A stretch of DNA of 22,226 nucleotides, taken from NCBI GenBank assembly GCA_016839705.1, contig JAEOTR010000071.1, positions 1 to 22,226 of the forward strand. The letters run 5' to 3'. Positions 1-7,419 of the stretch are shown piece after piece. The DNA comes from Promethearchaeota archaeon (lineage in GTDB: Archaea; Asgardarchaeota; Lokiarchaeia; Sigyniarchaeales; SOKP01). Position 1 is the stretch's first letter. Each line of letters starts with the position of its first letter. Both the position numbers and the translations under genes were made by a program. The notes beneath the pieces are model-generated. The model was given only the letters and a program-made list of their open reading frames with translations, searched no databases and was not told the origin of the DNA.

Positions 1-132
1 CCAGTCTGTTGTCTATACTTAAGGAGCAAAGCTCAGGCTGAAGGTTTGGAACCTTATTTCCTAAGTAATCTCGTAAGGGAAGCATTAGGTGAGAATCTCC
101 CACAAGGGAGAGCTGGAAAAATATTTGACTAA
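1..132 (+). CDS. 3' end (partial) of a CCG-domain Fe-S oxidoreductase subunit (HdrD/GlpC-like), paralog of 387..1421
   Basis: My translation of frame 1: PVCCLYLRSKAQAEGLEPYFLSNLVREALGENLPQGRAGKIFD*, TAA at 130-132. It aligns with the C-terminus of 387..1421 (PMCQETMNPKIAEKGLKSFLLSDLARMALGE). Not in the ORF track because the window edge truncates it. Confidence 0.8.
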   Translation, partial: PVCCLYLRSKAQAEGLEPYFLSNLVREALGENLPQGRAGKIFD

Positions 133-148
133 AATAAGATAAAATAAA

Positions 149-158
149 TTTTTTTTTT
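149..158 (+). terminator. oligo-T archaeal-type terminator candidate
   Basis: Run of about 10 T starting 17 nt after the TAA at 132. Confidence 0.45.
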
Positions 159-231
159 ATATAATTTAATTTTGAAAAAATAAAATTTACAATACATTTT
201 TTCCTAACTCCTTTAACAGTCTAATTCTTCA

Positions 232-366
232 ACCGCAGTTCTTACTTCAATGTGTATTTTTTGTAGAACAAATTTAACTGATGCGAATAAGAAATATGAT
301 ATGGATTTTGAATTAATTGATCTAATCGAACTAATAGCTCAATTAAAAATTGAAGTAAATATATGA
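232..366 (+). pseudogene. remnant C-terminus of another CCG-domain (HdrD/GlpC-like) gene
   Basis: Frame 1 reads TAVLTSMCIFCRTNLTDANKKYDMDFELIDLIELIAQLKIEVNI* (TGA 364-366), resembling the 'TxCxxCxxNL...xxDLxELIA' end of CCG domains. In-frame stops lie upstream at 181, 205 and 214. Confidence 0.6.
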
Positions 367-386
367 AAAAAATAGGATCAAATCGA

Positions 387-1421
387 CTAACTAATTTCTT
401 CTCCCAAAGCCATCCTTGCTAAATCACTTAATAAAAACGATTTTAATCCTTTTTCCGCAATTTTAGGATTCATAGTTTCTTGACACATTGGACAAACAAA
501 TACGCATGCTTCAGCACCATTATCAACCATATCTTGGATATTTTTGTTTTGAGCTTGTTTTCCTAAATTAACTTTACCAAATGATGCAAAGGGAGCTGTA
601 CAACATAGTGCATTTTCTCTGTCATAAGTTCTTTTAACTCGTTCCACCCCAATTAACTCACAGATATTATCAACAAATTTTTCAATTTCAGGTATAAATC
701 TATTGGAGCAGCTTCGTTGATAAGCAATTTTCATATTAAGCTTATTTATTTCTGATTTATGATCCTTGAGATATCCATATACATATTCAAAGAGATGAAT
801 TGGCTTGAAATCTTTTGGAAGTTCAATATTGTTACGTTTACAATAAGATGTATAGAATCCATAACACTCGTCATGAAAGCAAATCATTTCCTTTATGCCT
901 TGCTTTTTGATATTCTCCAGAATTATTGGGGCTCTCTCCTTGATAACCGAATCTTTAGCGACGTGATGATATAATAAATTACAAAAATATGAAAGTCCAC
1001 TTACATATTGTAAATTTTCAAATAATTTACCCTCCATATTCTTTGCATTTGTTCTCGGAAAAGCGCATTTATTCAACACTGGTTTTTCAGGATCAATTTC
1101 TTTCAATCTTAGTTCATCATGGGGTTTATATCTCCCTATTGTCATTTCCACCATTTGTGGAGGCATGTTATAAGAATTGTATTTTTCTTGTAATTCGGTT
1201 TTTAAATCGAATGGATGTGAATTATACGGGCAATATTCATCACAAGCGAAACAGGTAACACAATCTTTCAAAACGAAAGAATCCTCACCATTAATCATTT
1301 TCTCCATTTCTTTTCTAGCAGTCTCTTTATCAATATCCATCCATTGACATCGGGTTAAACAATCAATATTTTCACATTTTGAACAATTTGATTCATCAAA
1401 CATATTTACATCAATTTTCAA
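387..1421 (-). CDS. (Fe-S)-binding protein, ferredoxin-like N-terminus plus CCG domains (HdrD/GlpC-like oxidoreductase subunit)
   Basis: CxxC...C...C and CVTCFACDEYCP 4Fe-4S motifs; YQRSCSNR, ALCCTAP and CVFVCPMC (CCG-type domain); TTG start. Confidence 0.85.
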   Translation of the reverse strand: MKIDVNMFDESNCSKCENIDCLTRCQWMDIDKETARKEMEKMINGEDSFVLKDCVTCFACDEYCPYNSHPFDLKTELQEKYNSYNMPPQMVEMTIGRYKPHDELRLKEIDPEKPVLNKCAFPRTNAKNMEGKLFENLQYVSGLSYFCNLLYHHVAKDSVIKERAPIILENIKKQGIKEMICFHDECYGFYTSYCKRNNIELPKDFKPIHLFEYVYGYLKDHKSEINKLNMKIAYQRSCSNRFIPEIEKFVDNICELIGVERVKRTYDRENALCCTAPFASFGKVNLGKQAQNKNIQDMVDNGAEACVFVCPMCQETMNPKIAEKGLKSFLLSDLARMALGEEIS

Positions 1422-1601
1422 ATTTATAGAATGTGATTCAAATATTCTGAAAATCTTTTTAATTTTATCAAAATAAGTTTAATAAGTCGAATAAAAATAT
1501 TCAATACAAAGATATCATTAAACATTAATTTTTTGATTCTTTTCTTTCATTATTGCTTAAAGCTTAAAAACTAATTTATGTTTATTGTAAGGTAGATTTA
1601 A

Positions 1602-2060
1602 ATTCCTGAGCTGGATCAAATATTCGAGGTTCATAAAGACCTATACATAGGAGCCTATTGGCCAAGGTTAAACTTTAAAAGGTTTAAAGAAATAGGTATT
1701 ACAGCTATAGTAAATTTAATGGAGGAAAGTTTTTATAATCCGACCAGTTTAGGATTTTCATATTTACATAAGGGATTTCCTGATGATAGCTATCCCCCTC
1801 ATGATTATCTTGAAGAAATTTTAAATTTCATCGATTATCACATTAAAGATAGCGGAAAAGTATTAGTCCATTGCTCCATGGGGATATCCAGAAGTGGAGG
1901 AATAATTGTTGCCTGGTTACTAAAAGAAAATTTTGCGTGGAGTTGGACAGATGCAATTTCATATGTTAACAAATCCAAGTTTATAGCACCAGCCGTAGAA
2001 ATTCGGGAATCTATACTTGATTATCTTGAAGGGTTTGAGAAAATGAGAAGAAATTATTAA
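1602..2060 (+). CDS. dual-specificity protein phosphatase (DSP/PTP family); true start upstream of the ATG at 1719
   Basis: Catalytic loop VHCSMGISRS (HCx5R) and general-acid loop FPDD. The frame is open back to TAA 1599-1601 and encodes the DSP N-terminal motifs ...EVHKDLYIGAY...EIGITAIVNLM, so the start is probably ATT 1602 or CTG 1611. Confidence 0.85.
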   Translation: MPELDQIFEVHKDLYIGAYWPRLNFKRFKEIGITAIVNLMEESFYNPTSLGFSYLHKGFPDDSYPPHDYLEEILNFIDYHIKDSGKVLVHCSMGISRSGGIIVAWLLKENFAWSWTDAISYVNKSKFIAPAVEIRESILDYLEGFEKMRRNY

Positions 2061-2164
2061 ATACCATAAATTCTCAACTAAGTTCTTATAGAAGGCTTAT
2101 TTAAATTCTTCTGAATTGCTTAATTATATAAGGTAATTCTTAGATTAATTTATTAATTAATTTT

Positions 2165-2170
2165 GAGGAG
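2165..2170 (+). promoter_or_regulatory. Shine-Dalgarno-like GAGGAG before the TTG start at 2179
   Basis: GAGGAG ends 8 nt upstream of TTG. Confidence 0.6.
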
Positions 2171-2178
2171 AATTTTAG

Positions 2179-2535
2179 TTGTCAGAATTTGAACAAAAAG
2201 TTTTAAAGCTACTAGAAGACATAAACGGAAAACTTGATACATTATTAAAAGGAGGTACTGGAACAACAACGACTGCTACCGTCACTCCGTCAGTACCTGC
2301 TCCTGCTGCTGAACCTGAACCAAGTCGACCAAAACCCTCTGAACTCGTTGAAAAGCAAAAGGAGGAAGAAAGGTTAATAGAAAAACCTCCTGTTGAGGGA
2401 AGGAGAGTTTGCTCTCAGTGTGGAGGGACTAGTTTTAATGCTGTAGAAGATAAATCCCAGGTTCTGCATCAAATGGGAGGCGTAAAGATTTATGCTAAGA
2501 AATATATATGTAAAGGCTGCGGAGCTGAGGCTTAA
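2179..2535 (+). CDS. small protein: N-terminal short coiled coil, Thr/Pro-rich linker, C-terminal C4 Zn ribbon shared with the gelsolin at 6314..7321
   Basis: EQKVLKLLEDINGKLDTLL heptads; TTTTATVTPSVPAPAAEPEP linker; EGRRVCSQCG...YAKKYICKGCG; SD present. Confidence 0.85.
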   Translation: MSEFEQKVLKLLEDINGKLDTLLKGGTGTTTTATVTPSVPAPAAEPEPSRPKPSELVEKQKEEERLIEKPPVEGRRVCSQCGGTSFNAVEDKSQVLHQMGGVKIYAKKYICKGCGAEA

Positions 2536-2759
2536 AGTCTCTCAAACCTTAAATACAACTTAATATCAACTTTAAAGTTTTCTACCTTAAGGCATTTATA
2601 AACCTTTTTTTTAATTTTTTATGGCTATTCTAAATCATGTCTTCCTTAACACAAACTTTTTAGTTAGATTTTTAATTTGATTTTGCTTAAATTTTTTAAT
2701 GGAAAGTTAATTCAGAGTTAATGGTGTTTTAATCAATTCCACAATTACGAGTAAAACAA

Positions 2760-3821
2760 TTGCTTAAATATGTAAAAAATTTTTTTTTAAATAATTTCTC
2801 AAGCATAACGGTTCCCTATTCAGCACAAATTGAATTAACACTTCGATGTAATGGGAAATGTCCCTTTTGTTCAATACATTCCCTACCATCTTCTGTCCTT
2901 GGTGAAGATATGACTACAGAACAAATAAAAGATTTGATCGATCAAATCGCTGCCTTAGGAGTGCTTGCCTTGTCTTTTACTGGTGGTGAACCTACTTTGA
3001 GAAAAGATCTCCCAGAAATCATATATCATACAGGAGTGGTTCATAATTTTATGAATGGAATTGCTTCTAATGGATATTTATTACCAAAATTATTAAAAGA
3101 GGATGGATTAGAGGGTTTAGATTATGTGCTACTTTCACTTGATTATCCTAAAGCGGAATTACATGACAAATGGAGAGGAATTAAAACATTTGACAAAGTT
3201 ATAGAATCAATAAAACTAGCATCTAGAAATGATATAAAACCAATCATAAGTACAGTGGTTATGAAAGATAATATTCGTTATTTAAAAGATATGTGTGAAC
3301 TGGCAGAAAAATTAAATTCATCGATTGAAATATATCCTTGTGAGAATATTATCAGGGATTTTCCTGAAAACAGCTATCAGATTGAAGATATCGATAATCT
3401 AATCCCGGATATCTCTTTATGGGCGAATCTAATTCGATCTTTAAGAAAAAGATATAAAAATATTTTAACAGATTCGATTAGCATTGAAGTAGTTGAAAAG
3501 GGTGGATTTGGAGGATATCCTTTCTATCATCAGAAAATACTTAGATGTCATGTTGCGGAATCTTATATTTTTGTAAGTCACGATGGATTGGTTCATTACC
3601 CTTGCAAAATTCACCCTATTGTGAGTTTCAATGCTTTAAAACACCCCATATCGACAATCTACACATCAACAGGTGTCAGAGAGATTATGAAAAACCATGA
3701 TAATTATGATTTCTGTGATCATTGTCGTTTAGGATGTGCTATAGCATCTTCAATCCCAACTCGTTGGAAAACAGTCTATGCTAAATATATTAAGGGATTT
3801 TTGGATGGTAATTTGAGATAG
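2760..3821 (+). CDS. radical SAM protein with C-terminal SPASM/twitch-like auxiliary cluster domain; substrate unknown
   Basis: CNGKCPFC (CxxxCxxC), FTGGEP, ASNG, HDKWRG; C-terminal C...YPC...CDHCRLGC; TTG start. Confidence 0.9.
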   Translation: MLKYVKNFFLNNFSSITVPYSAQIELTLRCNGKCPFCSIHSLPSSVLGEDMTTEQIKDLIDQIAALGVLALSFTGGEPTLRKDLPEIIYHTGVVHNFMNGIASNGYLLPKLLKEDGLEGLDYVLLSLDYPKAELHDKWRGIKTFDKVIESIKLASRNDIKPIISTVVMKDNIRYLKDMCELAEKLNSSIEIYPCENIIRDFPENSYQIEDIDNLIPDISLWANLIRSLRKRYKNILTDSISIEVVEKGGFGGYPFYHQKILRCHVAESYIFVSHDGLVHYPCKIHPIVSFNALKHPISTIYTSTGVREIMKNHDNYDFCDHCRLGCAIASSIPTRWKTVYAKYIKGFLDGNLR

Positions 3822-3930
3822 TAGAAAATTGACAAGAGAAATCTCAAAACTTCTCACACCGTTTAAGTAATACAATCGATATCAAAAAATTTAATTAAAA
3901 TTATGCTTTTCCTAATATAGTGATGTTTCT

Positions 3931-4575
3931 ATGTCAAGTGTGGCAGTAATTCTCCAAATTATGGGAATAACCATTGGGATGATAATTTTAGGTATGGTCT
4001 TGAATAAAATATTAGGATTATCAAAAGAAAAAATAACAGAATTTAGGGAAAAGGCTTTAAACATTCAAGAACGCATGAGAAATGCTCAATCTGTTGGTGA
4101 TGTTCGAATGATAGCACAAGTACAACAAGAGACCATGCAATTTACCAAGCAGATTATGTTGAAACAATTTATCCCCTTATGCCTAAGGTGTGTTATTTTT
4201 ATTGTAATTTTTGGTATTATCGGATTAGTTTATGCAGGTTATAGTGAAAACCTTTTACCAGTAAATATTCTATTTTTTGGAAGTGGATGGATTGCTGTAT
4301 ATTTTATTTTTTCTATTAGTTTCTCACTAATCATCTTTGGAATTAAACAACTATATAAAAAAATGACAGGAAAGAAAATATCAACTCAAAGGGATATAAG
4401 AAACATTATCGAGATAGTTTCTCCCACCCAAGCTACTGGAATGCCATTTCAGATTCCAGGAGCAGCTTCCCCCAGACCATCAAGAATAAAAACAGTGACT
4501 GCTACTGAAGTACCTTACACAGAAGAAGAATCTAGTGAAAAATCCGATTCATGGAAAGATCGTATTGATAAATGA
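3931..4575 (+). CDS. EMC3/TMCO1 (DUF106; Oxa1 superfamily) membrane insertase-like protein
   Basis: TM1, cytosolic coiled coil (EFREKALNIQERMRNAQ...QVQQETMQ), TM2, then GWIAVYFIFS TM3 typical of DUF106; low-complexity C-tail. Confidence 0.75.
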   Translation: MSSVAVILQIMGITIGMIILGMVLNKILGLSKEKITEFREKALNIQERMRNAQSVGDVRMIAQVQQETMQFTKQIMLKQFIPLCLRCVIFIVIFGIIGLVYAGYSENLLPVNILFFGSGWIAVYFIFSISFSLIIFGIKQLYKKMTGKKISTQRDIRNIIEIVSPTQATGMPFQIPGAASPRPSRIKTVTATEVPYTEEESSEKSDSWKDRIDK

Positions 4576-4667
4576 TACTATAAAGTTATCTTATCTTTAC
4601 TTCTTTTTTGTTCTACTAATAAAAAGGGTGATTAATAATCGAAGAAGAAAACAGCATTAAACGGCAA

Positions 4668-5120
4668 ATGACACTATACTTTACATTTGCTGCTTTAATG
4701 ATAGGCTTGAATTATTTAATCCAAAAATTAAATCAGTTAGTAATTGAACCATTTATCTGCTTAAATTTTGGTGGAAATGATTTTATCCAAATATTCTACT
4801 GCTCAACTAATCCTAATATGTCTGAGTTAATGGGATCCATTGTTGCCGTTGGAATTACGTATATAATTAAATTTTTTCTGGATAAATATATAGTATTCAA
4901 AAAGAAGGGAACTAAGTTGAAAGAAACTTCATTAGAATTTATTAAATATTTCGGATTTGCTATATTAACCACCATTGAAAATATAGGAATTCAGTTCCTA
5001 TTAACAAATTATCTCAATACCCCACTAGAAATCAGTGTTATAATCGCTTTATCTATAGGATATCTAACAAAATTCTTCATAGATAGAAAATTAGTTTTTG
5101 TAATTGAGAATAGAGAATAA
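4668..5120 (+). CDS. GtrA-family small membrane protein (putative lipid-linked sugar flippase)
   Basis: Four hydrophobic segments; duplicated KFFLDKYIVF / KFFIDRKLVF and EFIKYFGF motifs typical of GtrA. The start may lie upstream (ATA 4635 / ATC 4638 after GGTGA). Confidence 0.8.
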   Translation: MTLYFTFAALMIGLNYLIQKLNQLVIEPFICLNFGGNDFIQIFYCSTNPNMSELMGSIVAVGITYIIKFFLDKYIVFKKKGTKLKETSLEFIKYFGFAILTTIENIGIQFLLTNYLNTPLEISVIIALSIGYLTKFFIDRKLVFVIENRE

Positions 5121-5155
5121 TAAAATTTAATAGATCGGATAGTGATTTAAAACAT

Positions 5156-6238
5156 ATGTCAGATGAAGGAGAAAGACACAAAGAAGAAGAAGATAAATCT
5201 ATTGTCGATGCATTATCAACTCTCGGATGGGTTGAAGAGAAGGATGAGGAAGAAGAAGTCCCAGATTCAGAGGAAAATCTCTTGGAACAACTTAATTTCT
5301 TTAAAAACGAAAACAAGAAGTTGATTCACACGATGAATGAAAAACTAGAAATTATTGGTATCCTTGAAACCAAAGTACAAGAATTATCAACAAAAACCGA
5401 GAAGGAGTCCTCTCAAAGTGAAGCAACTCAAAAACTCTATGAAATTATTGAAAATAAAAATGATGAAATTGAACGTTTGAATTCTGTTCTTGAGGAGGAA
5501 ACAGATAAAACTCAAAAAGTAATAGAAGATCAGCTTCAAAAAATTAAAGAATTAACTACTCAAATAGATGAAACCCAACCTGATCAGAGGGATTTGATAA
5601 ACACCAAGGACGATGAAATTAAAGAATTAAAAGAGCAACTTCAGTATCTCGAAAGTGATACAATTCAAAAATCTAAGTTTCAAAAACTTGAAGTCCTTTT
5701 GGAAAAAAAAGATGAAATTATAACAGAAAAAGAAAAAACTATTTTTAACTTAGAAAACTCGCTGAAAACCGTTAAACAAAAGATTCAAGAAATACAGCAA
5801 CAATCAGAAACATTTAGCTTAGTTAAAAAAGATCTAGAGAAAAAATCTGAAAGGAATAGAGAGTTAGCAGTTAAGATTGAAGAGCTCAATCAAAAAAACA
5901 TTACAAAATTAGAATTAATAGATCGTCTTGAACAAAAGTTAGAAGAAGCTCATAAAAAATCAGGGAATATCACGGGAAAATTTGAATTAGAATTAGGAAA
6001 CCTGCGAAATTTGCTGGATGGGAAAGCTGATGAAATAAAAACTTTAAGAGATAAATTGAGTAGTGTTGATACTGAATTACAAGAATATAAAAAAATTGAG
6101 GATAAAATTTTAGGCGATATCCAGATTATCAAAGATGAAAAACTTAAACTTGAATCTGACACTGAAGATAAGGATAAAGAAATCATAGAACTAAAAAAAA
6201 GAATTAAGTTAATGCGTAGAGACTTACAAAAATCATAG
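5156..6238 (+). CDS. long coiled-coil protein of unknown function
   Basis: About 310 aa of E/K/Q/L heptads after an acidic N-terminus containing IVDALSTLGW; no ATPase or TM motif seen. Confidence 0.8.
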   Translation: MSDEGERHKEEEDKSIVDALSTLGWVEEKDEEEEVPDSEENLLEQLNFFKNENKKLIHTMNEKLEIIGILETKVQELSTKTEKESSQSEATQKLYEIIENKNDEIERLNSVLEEETDKTQKVIEDQLQKIKELTTQIDETQPDQRDLINTKDDEIKELKEQLQYLESDTIQKSKFQKLEVLLEKKDEIITEKEKTIFNLENSLKTVKQKIQEIQQQSETFSLVKKDLEKKSERNRELAVKIEELNQKNITKLELIDRLEQKLEEAHKKSGNITGKFELELGNLRNLLDGKADEIKTLRDKLSSVDTELQEYKKIEDKILGDIQIIKDEKLKLESDTEDKDKEIIELKKRIKLMRRDLQKS

Positions 6239-6313
6239 AGAAAAAAAGTCTATTTAAATACGTTTAAAATTTTTATTAAAAAAAGATAAAAAATAAATTA
6301 GAATAATAGAAAC

Positions 6314-7321
6314 TTATTTTTCACGCCAGAGCACTCCACAGTTCCCACAAGTGTATTTTTTTCCGTAAACTCGTGGGTAGTCTAAAATAACATTTGACTT
6401 GTCAACACTCTCATGGATCATATGAGGGTCGTCAGTGCCACACTCGGGGCATTTTCGCCTTCCTTCGGGGGCTTCAATAGTTACTATTGAACTGTCTGTC
6501 TTACCAGGGATTCCTGGGGCTGCACCGGAAGCTTTTACTTCTGAAATATCGGCTTGGACTTCTGCTGGAGTTACTTCTTTAACTTCAGATTTAAACTCGG
6601 GTTGGATTGCTGCGGCTACTCGATCATCCTCATCTTCTCCTTCTAATACCGATTCTGCTTTTAATTGGACCGCATCAGATTCTTTATACTCTTCTCCCCG
6701 ATCTAACGCAGCATGAAATTCAGCGTCATCACCTTCTTCAAAGATAGTTTCTTGCTGTAATCCGGCCCTATCTGCATCTATAGATCGCCCCCATTGACCC
6801 GCTTTTACTTTTTCAGTTGTAGTACATGCATTTCCCTGCCAAATGTATACTTTATTTCCTAAATCCGCAACAAAACAATCTTCTGATTCCAATGAAGCTT
6901 TAGAAAATGGGACTTGAATCATTTTCATTGCATTAATATCATCAAATTCTTCAGATGATACACGGTACAATATATTTCGCCATTCTGTGAATCCTGCCCA
7001 ATCTCCAGTCGTTACATCTTTCAGTAAAGTCTTTGCGTAATTTTTTTCAACGATTTTCATGGCACCCATTGGAGCAACAAGTTTAAGAAATTCTTTAGTC
7101 TCAAAACCTTGGTCTACGGTAATAATTTTTGCGGCACCTCCACGTTGTTGGTCTAGAGTTCTTGCTTGGGCGGCTCCAGCGGTTTTTTCATCTACAGAGC
7201 ATTTATTGCCAATCCACACATATATTGTTCTTTCATCATCAACGAGATAAACGTCTCCACTGCTAAAAATCGGTTTAGTTATTTCTTTTAATTCGCCTTT
7301 CTCAATTAGAAATAGTTTCAT
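6314..7321 (-). CDS. two-domain gelsolin (Asgard 2DGel-type) with acidic linker and C-terminal Zn ribbon
   Basis: Domain 1 SGDVYLVD...IYVWIG...DEK...DQGFETKEF; domain 2 SEDCFVADLGNKVYIWQG...EKVKA...EEGDDAEF; C-terminal CPECG...CGNCG. Confidence 0.92.
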   Translation of the reverse strand: MKLFLIEKGELKEITKPIFSSGDVYLVDDERTIYVWIGNKCSVDEKTAGAAQARTLDQQRGGAAKIITVDQGFETKEFLKLVAPMGAMKIVEKNYAKTLLKDVTTGDWAGFTEWRNILYRVSSEEFDDINAMKMIQVPFSKASLESEDCFVADLGNKVYIWQGNACTTTEKVKAGQWGRSIDADRAGLQQETIFEEGDDAEFHAALDRGEEYKESDAVQLKAESVLEGEDEDDRVAAAIQPEFKSEVKEVTPAEVQADISEVKASGAAPGIPGKTDSSIVTIEAPEGRRKCPECGTDDPHMIHESVDKSNVILDYPRVYGKKYTCGNCGVLWREK

Positions 7322-7419
7322 ACCAAATTTTCACTCTTACAATTTTTTTAAAATTTTATTTTAAATAGATTATAAAAAAAGGTTTATAAAAATTTGTGTA
7401 AAAATGTGAAAAATTTTAT

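Noticed and set aside
759-1258. + strand ORFs 759..974 and 989..1258
   Set aside because: Antisense shadows of the well-supported Fe-S gene; no motifs
2760-3821. Specific assignment such as PqqE, NirJ/Ahb or calditol synthase
   Set aside because: The visible motifs are shared by many SPASM/twitch enzymes and no pathway context is present
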